DNA of 42,222 nucleotides from a virus (taxonomy: Duplodnaviria > Caudoviricetes). The position numbers and the translations under genes are program-made. The notes under the pieces are model-generated. The model saw only the letters and a program-made list of their open reading frames with translations. It did not search any database and had not been told where the DNA came from. How positions within the stretch are numbered: position 1 is the first letter of the stretch; every line of letters begins with the position of its first letter. This document shows, piece by piece, positions 1 to 7,974 of this stretch. Location of the stretch: positions 1-42,222 of IMG/VR virus record IMGVR_UViG_3300037474_000120; one strand, written 5' to 3'.

Positions 1-126
1 CTGAAGCCGTGATGAGCCCTCGCTCAGACTTAACGAGGTCAGCCAAAATGGTCTGCAACTCGTTCACCACTGGTCTCATCTCGACCAAGCGATCCATCCA
101 CTTCGCGCGCTGAGCCTTAAGCTCCA
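1..126. repeat. Terminal direct repeat, copy 1 (circular overlap)
   Basis: 1-126 is identical to 42095-42220; the next base differs (g127 vs t42221). Confidence 0.97.
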
Positions 127-160
127 GGATCTTCCTGGTCAACTCATCTGCCTTCGTCAC
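1..160 (-). CDS. 5' part of a 99-aa hypothetical protein spanning the circular junction (continues 42094..41955)
   Basis: AGGAG RBS then GTG at 160-158; reads MTKADELTRKILELKAQRAKWMDRL..., in frame with ORF 41955..42221. Confidence 0.8.
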   Translation of the reverse strand, partial: MTKADELTRKILELKAQRAKWMDRLVEMRPVVNELQTILADLVKSERGLITAS

Positions 161-163
161 TTG

Positions 164-424
164 TCACTCCTTCGGAACACGCCAATCGAACTGCGTTAGC
201 AGCATCGAATCGCGCCAGCCTACACCATTGACCCGCTTGGTCAAACTCTCGTGGCCCGCCTCGAGCTTGGACACCCGCGTGCCCAGCCGCTCGACGCGCC
301 GACCCAGCATCTCGCACTCCTGGCCCAACCATACCACCGCCCCGGCAATGCACCCGATGACCACGCCCACGAACGCAGCCTGCGGCGTGATGCCCTGGCC
401 AATCTGGTGCAGCCAGGCGATCAT
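164..424 (-). CDS. Small membrane protein (one TM segment plus coiled coil)
   Basis: ATG at 424 overlaps the stop of the upstream gene (ATGA); hydrophobic AAFVGVVIGCIAGAVVWL. Confidence 0.7.
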   Translation of the reverse strand: MIAWLHQIGQGITPQAAFVGVVIGCIAGAVVWLGQECEMLGRRVERLGTRVSKLEAGHESLTKRVNGVGWRDSMLLTQFDWRVPKE

Positions 425-1584
425 CGCCTCTTCTCCGCGCGCCTGAGCGCCCACCTCACCCTTTCGGTCAGGTCATCTGGAGCCTTATCGTCGTCCAGGT
501 CGCGCGCGGGCGTACGCTCCTCGTCCTCCTCTTCGTCGACCGGCGGCCGCTTTTTCTTTGGCTTGGCCTTTGGCGGCTTCGCCGATTCCTCCGAAGAGAG
601 ACCGCGCTTCTTCAGGAACGCCTTGAGCACACGGTCCGCGGCGTCCTCGATTGAGAGCCCGTATTCCTCTGTGTCGTCGTCGTAGCTGTCTTGGTACACC
701 GCTTCGACCTGGGTCTGCCAGTCACGCAGGTCACGCACGCCGTGTTCCTCTGGAACCTCGGAGTTGACCCACTTTTCGGAGACCTTAGGTGCGCCTTTCT
801 CGGCTTTCGCCTTGGGTTCCTCCCCTTTGCCTGCCTTCAGTTCGGCCAGCTCCTTCTCGAGCTTCTCCGCCTTGAGCTTGGCCGCTCGTTCCGCCGCCGT
901 CTCCTTGGATCCGCCCCGGAGACGCTTGGCGCAGTAGTCGTTGAAGCTGATGCCGAACGTGCTCTCGATGAAAGCGTCGATGGCCGGGAAGTCGCCCTTC
1001 GATTCCGCCTCGATCACGTCGAGAATCGGCTGGACCGACCCGAGCGCCTCCTTGGCCATCTTGGAAACGGCCTCCTTGTCCGCGTCGATCGCGGCGCGCT
1101 CCCTCTCCAGACCCTCGTTCATGCGGCGCCGCTTGTTTTCGGCGCTGATGAAGTGCTTCTTCCACCCCTCTGCGTCGCCGCCGAGGGGAATCTTGAACAC
1201 CTTCGCGGCGAGCTCGGCAGCCTTCTCGGGGTTGCGGGTCACCCACGCGCCGAACTTGCGCGCGTCGTCGTACTTCGGCTCCCGGCTCGCCTTCTCGCCC
1301 TTCTCCTCAGCACCACCGTCCTCGGTGGACTCCGAAGTTGCACCAGGGGCAGTGTCGGTGGCAGGGGCTTTTGGGGGCGTCGCCGGCTTCTCCTCCGCCG
1401 TGTCGTCCTCTTCGACGTCAGCGCCCTTGATCTCGTCCAGTGACTTCTGGACGCCCGTCTTCTGGAGAGCCTTCTCCAGCCGGTCCTTAAAGCCCTGGGA
1501 TGCCTGCTCCGCCGGGGAGGGCTGGGGCGGGGGCTGCCCCGCCGGGGAGGGGGATTCCCCCTGGTTGCTGGCTTGCAATGTCAC
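421..1584 (-). CDS. Putative capsid scaffolding protein
   Basis: 387 aa, highly charged, helical/low complexity, directly downstream of the portal; AGGAG RBS before the GTG. Function inferred from position and composition. Confidence 0.6.
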   Translation of the reverse strand: MTLQASNQGESPSPAGQPPPQPSPAEQASQGFKDRLEKALQKTGVQKSLDEIKGADVEEDDTAEEKPATPPKAPATDTAPGATSESTEDGGAEEKGEKASREPKYDDARKFGAWVTRNPEKAAELAAKVFKIPLGGDAEGWKKHFISAENKRRRMNEGLERERAAIDADKEAVSKMAKEALGSVQPILDVIEAESKGDFPAIDAFIESTFGISFNDYCAKRLRGGSKETAAERAAKLKAEKLEKELAELKAGKGEEPKAKAEKGAPKVSEKWVNSEVPEEHGVRDLRDWQTQVEAVYQDSYDDDTEEYGLSIEDAADRVLKAFLKKRGLSSEESAKPPKAKPKKKRPPVDEEEDEERTPARDLDDDKAPDDLTERVRWALRRAEKRR

Positions 1585-3514
1585 TTGTCACTCCTGGCAT
1601 CGGTGGCGGGGCGCCACCCATCATGTCCGCCGTTGTAGCATCGACGTTGACGTTGGTCTTGACGTTCGATGTCATCGCCTTCTGGCGCTCGGCGCTCGCA
1701 ATCATCCAATCCAACTCCTCCAGCGTGCGCTTGAGGATGTTGCGCCGGAACTGCGGCACGTCGTCAATCATCGCCTCGAGGTAGGCGTCGAAGCACTGCT
1801 TCATGCCCAGCGCTGGGTCGATCCACGGCGGCGGGCTCTGGTACTTCATGGCCCAGAAGTTGGGGTCGCGCAGGTCGCTCTCTTCGGCGTGCAGCGCCAG
1901 GTCAATGAGCTTGGCGAAGAAGCGCCGCTGCGTGGATTGCGCCTTGGTCTCGCTCGGGGTGTCGAACGTCGAAGAGACAATGAGCGCACCCTGCTCAGGG
2001 CTGATGGTGCCGGCCTGTACCAACTCGTTCGCGAGTTCGGCGCGGTCGGCGGGCGTGTTTTTCTGCTCGCTCACCGCGTAGGGCCGTCTCGCGTACTTGT
2101 TCTCGGTGTTCTTCTTCAGAACCTCGACTCCGACCTTTGCGTCGAAGTCTTGACCGGGCCAGGTCACTTGCCAGTTCGGCTCGTGCTCGCCAATCTCACG
2201 GGCAGCCGCCACGTTCAGGCTCGCCGCGTCGACCGCGAGCCAATGCCGCCAGTTGCGCTGGATGGGACTGTGCCGTTCGCTGAACAGCGCGGCCACCATG
2301 CGCACGCCGCGCCCGCTGGTCATGCCCTCGGGGCGCGATCCCGTGGTGTGCATCTCGTCGACGCCCAGGATCTCGTGCGCCGCCCGAATCAGTTCATCCT
2401 TGAACTGGCTCCGGCTACCATCGACGATAGGAATCGACACCGCGGTGGGTGGCCCTCCCTTTTCGCCGTCATACGCCAGCATGGTGACGTCTTTGGCGTT
2501 CGCGACGTCTTTCTGGTTTACGGACCGCTTGTCGTACGCAACCAGCATCCCCGAAAGGAGACGCATCGCGCGCTCCTGCTGCTCGACGACGTCATTGGCG
2601 GTGTCGAGCGCCCACATGATCGACTCAAGCAGGTTCTCGCTCCAGAAGTCGTCACCGAGACAGCGAGCCATGCGGAAAAACGCAATGCGCGGCTGGTCGT
2701 GCTCGTAATCGTCCCACTGGATCGCCTTGCCACCGACGATTCGAGCCTCTCGCCCCTTGAACGACCCGAACGGCAAGCGCCACGCCGTGATGACGCGCAC
2801 CATCTTGGTTCCGAAGTCCACCTCGCCGTCCGCGCGCATGAACGCCGGCACCTCTTCTGCGGAATCGATGATGAAGTCCTTGTGCTTCTTCCATCGCGGG
2901 TCCTCGCACAGGATCTCGGGGTTCTCCCATGTCACATCCACGGTCGTGAGCGGGCGGCCATTCGCGCGATCGTGCGGGTCAATCCACGTATTGAGCGTCG
3001 AACGCAGCTGGTGGCTGACGCGCTTGAAGACGAAGTCGGGCTCGACCCGGATACCGACCGTGCCAGTCGAAGCACCAGCCAGAGCAAAACCGTGCCTTCC
3101 CAGGTCCCAGATGTTCTGGAACAGCCCCTGCGGCTCATGAAAGTTCCCCTCGACGAAGCGGTCCTGCCAGACCGCCACGCGCTTCTCTTCCCAGGTGGCG
3201 TCGGTGGTGACCTGCTGGCTCTTTGGCTCGTCCAGGCCCGCGATCTTCGCGGTCATGGTCTGCACCAGCGACCGGCCGTGGTTGAGGCGGTGTTTGCCCC
3301 ACCGTCGCCCACGCGCGCTCCGGCGGTAGGTGTCGAACCCCAGGCTATCGAACAGGCAGCCGCCGTAGATGCTCGAGTATACCGCGGCGCCTCGGGCGGC
3401 CATCTCGTGGCGCCAGGACAGCTTGGCCTGGGACTCGCCGAAAAGGGTAGCCAGGGCCTGAGCACCCTCGTCCGGCTTCATCCGGGACCAGTTGCACTTG
3501 CCCTGGTCAGCCAT
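1487..3514 (-). CDS. Putative portal protein
   Basis: About 675 aa, first large gene of the head operon. Has a SGRG..AL segment and a Pro/Gly-rich C-terminal tail typical of podovirus-type portals. ATG 3514 chosen because it is coupled to a short upstream ORF. Confidence 0.7.
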   Translation of the reverse strand: MADQGKCNWSRMKPDEGAQALATLFGESQAKLSWRHEMAARGAAVYSSIYGGCLFDSLGFDTYRRSARGRRWGKHRLNHGRSLVQTMTAKIAGLDEPKSQQVTTDATWEEKRVAVWQDRFVEGNFHEPQGLFQNIWDLGRHGFALAGASTGTVGIRVEPDFVFKRVSHQLRSTLNTWIDPHDRANGRPLTTVDVTWENPEILCEDPRWKKHKDFIIDSAEEVPAFMRADGEVDFGTKMVRVITAWRLPFGSFKGREARIVGGKAIQWDDYEHDQPRIAFFRMARCLGDDFWSENLLESIMWALDTANDVVEQQERAMRLLSGMLVAYDKRSVNQKDVANAKDVTMLAYDGEKGGPPTAVSIPIVDGSRSQFKDELIRAAHEILGVDEMHTTGSRPEGMTSGRGVRMVAALFSERHSPIQRNWRHWLAVDAASLNVAAAREIGEHEPNWQVTWPGQDFDAKVGVEVLKKNTENKYARRPYAVSEQKNTPADRAELANELVQAGTISPEQGALIVSSTFDTPSETKAQSTQRRFFAKLIDLALHAEESDLRDPNFWAMKYQSPPPWIDPALGMKQCFDAYLEAMIDDVPQFRRNILKRTLEELDWMIASAERQKAMTSNVKTNVNVDATTADMMGGAPPPMPGVTSDIASQQPGGIPLPGGAAPAPALPGGAGIPGL

Positions 3515-3596
3515 CGTTCCACAACTGGGCGAGCCCGAAGGCACCCAGCCCCTGCATCATGAGCGGTCCGAGCGTGGTCCGGGTTCGCAGCTTCAT
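3507..3596 (-). CDS. 29-aa leader ORF overlapping the portal start
   Basis: MKLRTRTTLGPLMMQGLGAFGLAQLWNDG*; lies just downstream of a sigma70-like promoter and overlaps the portal ATG by 8 nt. Confidence 0.4.
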   Translation of the reverse strand: MKLRTRTTLGPLMMQGLGAFGLAQLWNDG

Positions 3597-3605
3597 CGGT
3601 CACTC

Positions 3606-3634
3606 AGCCTAGCTGTTGTGCCCCAATCGGTCAA
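3606..3634 (-). promoter_or_regulatory. Sigma70-like promoter for the portal/head operon
   Basis: Minus strand TTGACC-N17-TAGGCT. Confidence 0.65.
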
Positions 3635-3656
3635 TCGTGTTACTGTCCGGGTGACC

Positions 3657-3974
3657 ATGCTGCTCGAATTGATAGCACTGCACTGTCTCTGCGATTATCC
3701 GCTCCAAGGTGACTTTATGGCGCGCGGCAAGAGTACGGCCGCGCCCATACCAGGCGTACCCTGGTGGCTAATACTGGCGTCCCACGCCGCGATCCACGCA
3801 GGCGCTGTTGGCCTGATACTCCCTGTCCAATACGCCCTGTTTGAGGGCCTGGCCCACGCCGCCACAGACCATGCCAAGTGCAAAGGATGGCTGGGGAAAG
3901 GCGAGCTCTCTTTCGTCTTAGACCAGGCGATTCACGTCGCCCTCAAAGTGGCATACGTGTGGATACACGACTGA
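3657..3974 (+). CDS. DUF3307-like membrane protein
   Basis: Pattern H..CDY.LQ...K...L..H...H...H...D..K...DQ.IH. Extended -10-like TGtTACTGT at 3638-3646; alternative start GTG 3651. Confidence 0.75.
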   Translation: MLLELIALHCLCDYPLQGDFMARGKSTAAPIPGVPWWLILASHAAIHAGAVGLILPVQYALFEGLAHAATDHAKCKGWLGKGELSFVLDQAIHVALKVAYVWIHD

Positions 3975-5452
3975 ACGCATTCCTCAGGTTCGGCCAGACG
4001 ATTGGCGGATACGCCGATTCGCCGCAGTGGTCCGCGATCATGAACGGGTGCCACGCCAAGCAGCGGCTGTTCATCGAACACGCGGACATCGCGGTGGCCG
4101 GCCGCGGCGGCGGTAAGAGCGAGGGGCAGGCCCGCAAGTTCCACCGGCGCAGCCACCTGTTCCCGATGAAGTCCAGCGTGTTCATTACGCTTTCGGCGGA
4201 ACGCAGCCGTGACATCCTGCTCCCCGCGCTCGAGCGCATGAGCGAGCGCTACGGGCTCGGCCTGCGGGAATACCGCAAGGCCAACGCCATGGTCTGGCCG
4301 AACGGCTACCGGGTCCTGTTCCGGGGGTGCAAAGACAGGGTGGAGGCGAACAAGCGCCGCGGCACGCCCTGGGTCGAGGCCGGCTGGGACGAGCCGGATA
4401 CCATCGCGCCCAACCTGCTCGAGTACGACATCCACGAGTGCGTCGAGCCACGCCTGGTGGACTTCAACGGTTCGTGGTTTGCGACAGGCACCCCGTCGGC
4501 CGTGCCCACCGGGTACTGGCACACCCTCTCGGACGGCAAGAATCCGCACTACCGTGTGATCGAGTGGGACGCTCGCGAGAACCCGTACATGCCCAACGTG
4601 CTCGCCTACTTCGAGAAGGCGCTGCGCCGCATGGATGGCATCCCGCCGCGCGAGAAGTGGCCGCTCGACTGCAAGCGACTGGAGGACCTGTACACCAAGG
4701 CCCACATGCACCTGCTCCCGGCGAAGTTCGTCCGGGAGTACCTCGGACTGTGGGTCATGGATCTGCAGTCGCTCATCTACCGGCTCACGCCCCGGAACTC
4801 CTACAGCGGAACCATCCCTTTCGATGTCACCCGGACCACCATCGGCGTCGACCTCGGAGGCGCCGAAAGCAAAGGTGAGCGGGAGAAGCTAGACCGCACG
4901 GCCATCTGCGTTGCCCAGTCGACCGCGTCCCTTCCGACAGTCTGGGTGCCCGAGTGCTACACGCTGCGCGACGTCACCCCGCAATCGCTCGCCGCCGAGC
5001 TGCTGCGCCTCATAGAGCGCTACCCCGACGCCACTGTAGAGATCGACAGCGCGGGCGCTGGCGTCATCATCGAGCGGCAACTCCGCCTGATGGGCATCCC
5101 AGTGCGCGCTACCGTCAAGGGCCCGAAGCTGCGCCGCATCCAGTCCGTCCAGGGCGCAATAGCCGCCGGACACCTGCGGCTGCACCTCACAAAGTGCATG
5201 AGCGCCCGCGAGGAGGCCACCACGCTGGTGTGGGACGACATGCGCAAGGACCACAGCAAAAAGTGCATGGACGACAGCTGGGACGCGCTACTGTACGCCG
5301 TGCTGCCCCACATCGGCGAGCACGAGGTGGCCGACCCTCCCATGCACCAGCCCAAGCCCGGCAGTCAGGCGGAGCGAGATGCTACCGAGGCTGCCGAGCT
5401 CGAGGAGGCGTTCGCCGAAGCGATGCGCTCTATCGACGATGAGGCCGCGTGA
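3959..5452 (+). CDS. terL: Terminase large subunit
   Basis: Walker A AGRGGGKS, Walker B EAGWDE, coupling motif TGTP, RNase H-like nuclease IGVDLG...EID...DDSWDALLYA. Start uncertain (ORF open from 3878). Confidence 0.92.
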   Translation: MDTRLNAFLRFGQTIGGYADSPQWSAIMNGCHAKQRLFIEHADIAVAGRGGGKSEGQARKFHRRSHLFPMKSSVFITLSAERSRDILLPALERMSERYGLGLREYRKANAMVWPNGYRVLFRGCKDRVEANKRRGTPWVEAGWDEPDTIAPNLLEYDIHECVEPRLVDFNGSWFATGTPSAVPTGYWHTLSDGKNPHYRVIEWDARENPYMPNVLAYFEKALRRMDGIPPREKWPLDCKRLEDLYTKAHMHLLPAKFVREYLGLWVMDLQSLIYRLTPRNSYSGTIPFDVTRTTIGVDLGGAESKGEREKLDRTAICVAQSTASLPTVWVPECYTLRDVTPQSLAAELLRLIERYPDATVEIDSAGAGVIIERQLRLMGIPVRATVKGPKLRRIQSVQGAIAAGHLRLHLTKCMSAREEATTLVWDDMRKDHSKKCMDDSWDALLYAVLPHIGEHEVADPPMHQPKPGSQAERDATEAAELEEAFAEAMRSIDDEAA

Positions 5453-5453
5453 C

Positions 5454-5576
5454 TCAGCGGCCGGCGTTGATGCGCAGCTCCGCGGTCTTCTGCGCGTTGA
5501 CACGAGCACGGGCGTCGGCGATCGAGATGTTGAGGGTGGCGGCGAGGCGGGCGATGTACTGGTCGATGTTGGTCAT
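5454..5576 (-). CDS. 40-aa hypothetical protein
   Basis: MTNIDQYIARLAATLNISIADARARV...; ATG lies 7 nt after the conserved promoter-like element. Confidence 0.65.
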   Translation of the reverse strand: MTNIDQYIARLAATLNISIADARARVNAQKTAELRINAGR

Positions 5577-5583
5577 GCCCCTA

Positions 5584-5611
5584 TGAACGTCCACCCCGCC
5601 GCTCCCTTGAG
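5584..5611 (-). promoter_or_regulatory. Repeated promoter-like element, copy 1
   Basis: Minus strand CTCAAG-N14-GACGTTCA-N7-ATG. Confidence 0.75.
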
Positions 5612-5619
5612 CGGAATCG

Positions 5620-6495
5620 TCAGGGACAGTTCGTGGTCGTCCCGCTCGTCTCACGGTAGCAGTCGAGCTGGTGCTTCTCGGTGGTGGTGTACGTCTGGAG
5701 CCCCGTCCAGTCGTTAGTCAGCGGAGCGTTCAGGCTGATCGACGAGAACATCAGGTCGTCCGTTGCCGTGCTGTGACCGAAGCCGAGCGCGTGGCCCATC
5801 TCGTGTCGTCCCACGTTCTCGACCACGATGCCGCGCTGTGCATTCGTGGCCACCGCCCAGCCTGAGCTGTTCGTGATGAAGTCGTTGCGCACGAAGACGT
5901 TGCAGTTGCGGTACTGGCACAGCTGGCCAAACTGGGTGTCGTGGCAGTCGAGAATGTGGTCGATGTTCTCGCTGCAGTCGCTCCTCCCCGCGCGCCCAGC
6001 CGGCACGTTCGCGCCCGATGTGGTGCAGCGTATGTCGAACGGATCCGACAGGTCGAAGTTGTGCCCTGGCTCCGGCCCAGTCGTGTAGGTGTGCACCTCG
6101 ATGCTCCAGCCGTTCGCATTGGCCACGTCGCGCGCATGGTTCGCTGCGTCCAGGATCTGGTCTTTGAACAGCTGCGTCGGGCAGGTGTACTGGTGCACAC
6201 CGATCGAGAACTGCCGGATGTCCGGCACCCCGCACGTGCCGCCTGACCAGGGCGGAGAGCACTTGGTCCCGTCCACCTCGAACCCGTAGTTGCCCTCGAT
6301 GTAGATGGGCTGCTCGAGCGTTCCCAGCTCTTCGCCGGCATCCACGCCCGTCATGTCCCGCTCGACGTTGTCCGTCTCCGGGTCGTACTCCGGCTCCGGC
6401 ACGTCACCGATGGGCCCGGAGCAGCCGCAGTGCAGCCCGCTGGCCAGAAGCAGCACCGAGCCAGTGAGCGCGAGTCGCACGATGGTGCTCAGCAT
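5620..6495 (-). CDS. Secreted or lipoprotein zinc metalloprotease, metzincin (matrixin M10/M57-like)
   Basis: N-terminal signal peptide with Cys, HEMGHALGFGHS zinc motif, Met-turn DDLMF, multiple Cys, strong RBS GGAGGTGAGG. Confidence 0.88.
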   Translation of the reverse strand: MLSTIVRLALTGSVLLLASGLHCGCSGPIGDVPEPEYDPETDNVERDMTGVDAGEELGTLEQPIYIEGNYGFEVDGTKCSPPWSGGTCGVPDIRQFSIGVHQYTCPTQLFKDQILDAANHARDVANANGWSIEVHTYTTGPEPGHNFDLSDPFDIRCTTSGANVPAGRAGRSDCSENIDHILDCHDTQFGQLCQYRNCNVFVRNDFITNSSGWAVATNAQRGIVVENVGRHEMGHALGFGHSTATDDLMFSSISLNAPLTNDWTGLQTYTTTEKHQLDCYRETSGTTTNCP

Positions 6496-6902
6496 TCCTC
6501 ACCTCCCTCGTCGGGTGCGGACTTGCCCTCGGCGCTCCTGAGCATCTGGCGTTCGAGCTTCGCGATGTAGCCGTCCAGCACCACCTTCAGCGCGGTCGGC
6601 ACGGGCGTGGGCTCCCACTTGTAGCTCATCACCTGCACCTGTTCGTGCATCTTCTCCAACGCCTCGCACAGCGCCAGGCTCAGGTCCCGCATCGCCGCCG
6701 GGTAGCGATCGATGTGCTCCTCCACCAGATGGCTCACTGCGGCCACCGGGCGCCCCTGACGCCTCTCTTCGATGAGCCGCGTCGCCGTCAGCAGCGAGCA
6801 GAACTCAGCGCTCGTCAGGCGGTCGAATGCCTTGCTCGACGCCACTCGCCCGTCCGGGGTCTCGTTGATGACCCAGTGCCAAAACGCCTTCAATTCCTTC
6901 AT
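6489..6902 (-). CDS. Hypothetical protein
   Basis: 137-aa ORF with protein-like composition; its stop overlaps the protease start region. Confidence 0.65.
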   Translation of the reverse strand: MKELKAFWHWVINETPDGRVASSKAFDRLTSAEFCSLLTATRLIEERRQGRPVAAVSHLVEEHIDRYPAAMRDLSLALCEALEKMHEQVQVMSYKWEPTPVPTALKVVLDGYIAKLERQMLRSAEGKSAPDEGGEEC

Positions 6903-7056
6903 GTGCCCAGCTTCCGTCCTGTCTCAGAATGAGCTGACTGACGCTGCACCCCATGTACAGCGCCAACTGCTCGATGCTCGTGAACTCCCGGAACCGCCGA
7001 CTCGACGGCGGCTCCTCCTCGTACATCACCCCGTCAGACCCCTCGTACAGTCGCAT
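6805..7056 (-). CDS. Hypothetical protein
   Basis: Strong RBS GAAGGAGG before ATG; overlaps the next gene by 98 nt, so the boundary is uncertain. Confidence 0.5.
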   Translation of the reverse strand: MRLYEGSDGVMYEEEPPSSRRFREFTSIEQLALYMGCSVSQLILRQDGSWAHEGIEGVLALGHQRDPGRASGVEQGIRPPDER

Positions 7057-7071
7057 ACCCCCTCCTTCATG

Positions 7072-7254
7072 TCACCAGCCCTGCTCTGCCATCTCGTTCA
7101 GATGGGCGATGATGCGGCGGCGGGCTGCGAACCGAGCGCCCCTGCCGTCCAGCACTCGGCGGCAATCGGCCACCATCGCCTCGTCTCCAACACTGGCCGC
7201 GTCCTTGGCCAGCTGCTCAATCATCGCCACGGTCAGGTTGTCGATTGTGATCAT
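7072..7254 (-). CDS. 60-aa hypothetical protein
   Basis: MITIDNLTVAMIEQLAKDAA...; start defined by the repeated promoter element 7 nt upstream. Confidence 0.7.
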   Translation of the reverse strand: MITIDNLTVAMIEQLAKDAASVGDEAMVADCRRVLDGRGARFAARRRIIAHLNEMAEQGW

Positions 7255-7261
7255 GCCCAGG

Positions 7262-7289
7262 TGAACGTCACCTCCGCCCGGGCCTTGAG
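7262..7289 (-). promoter_or_regulatory. Repeated promoter-like element, copy 2
   Basis: Minus strand CTCAAG-N14-GACGTTCA-N7-ATG. Confidence 0.75.
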
Positions 7290-7301
7290 AGAAAAGCGGC
7301 A

Positions 7302-7589
7302 TCACCGCTCGCAGTAGTTGCATGCACCCGTTCCGCCGTGAGCGTGCACCGGGCAGTCAAACATCTCGTCGACTTCGATCTCCACCTCGTCCCGCTCGGC
7401 CTTCATGAACACCGAAGAGAAACACCCGCTTTCATCCGCGTCTTCCTCGTACACCAGCTCGCCGCTCAGGCCGCACGCACCGCACTTCACCTTCCGACCG
7501 TCGCACGCTTGGGCGCTGTCACCCTCCTCGAGAACCAGCACCGGCTCGCAGCACGAGCCGCAGCGCACCTCGTAGTCCGCGTGCATCAC
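7302..7589 (-). CDS. Cys-rich putative zinc-binding protein
   Basis: CGSC, CGAC, CPVH and CNYC motifs; start overlaps the upstream stop. Confidence 0.65.
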   Translation of the reverse strand: MMHADYEVRCGSCCEPVLVLEEGDSAQACDGRKVKCGACGLSGELVYEEDADESGCFSSVFMKAERDEVEIEVDEMFDCPVHAHGGTGACNYCER

Positions 7590-7759
7590 TTGCTGACCTC
7601 GTAGCCGACCAGGCGCACCCGGAGATCGACACCCGCCGCCGCATCGGCCAGAAGCTCGGACTCCAGCGCAATCGCTCGCTCCGCCTCGTCGGCCGTCATG
7701 TAGTCCAGCTCCGTGGCCAGCCCATCCGCAACCAGTCCGCCCAGCATCATCGTGTTCAT
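7586..7759 (-). CDS. 57-aa acidic hypothetical protein
   Basis: MNTMMLGGLVADG...; start defined by the promoter element (the frame is open to 7978). Confidence 0.6.
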   Translation of the reverse strand: MNTMMLGGLVADGLATELDYMTADEAERAIALESELLADAAAGVDLRVRLVGYEVSK

Positions 7760-7766
7760 GCTCCTG

Positions 7767-7794
7767 TGAACGTCAGCCTGCGCCGACCCTTGAG
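7767..7794 (-). promoter_or_regulatory. Repeated promoter-like element, copy 3
   Basis: Minus strand CTCAAG-N14-GACGTTCA-N7-ATG. Confidence 0.75.
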
Positions 7795-7810
7795 ATGAAA
7801 GTGACCGTGT

Positions 7811-7838
7811 GCCCCCGGGCCTTCTCCGACCCGGGGGC
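7811..7838. other. GC-rich hairpin (9-bp stem)
   Basis: gcccccggg-N10-cccgggggc; no U-tract, so a terminator role is unproven. Confidence 0.45.
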
Positions 7839-7974
7839 CACTGCCGCCACAGCAACAGGTAGGGCTTTGGGGTATCTGGCCCCCTATTGCAGAATCTTGA
7901 CCTCGACCCATCCGGTCCGGCAGACTTGACACCAGGATCTTTCAGGACGCCGAGACGGAGTCGAGGCGGGACTG

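Noticed and set aside
941-3562. 873-aa plus-strand ORF
   Set aside because: Antisense shadow of the portal and scaffold genes in high-GC DNA; no motifs and unnatural composition.
7811-7838. Intrinsic terminator call for this hairpin and for 37589-37626
   Set aside because: No downstream U-tract on either strand; reported only as hairpins.
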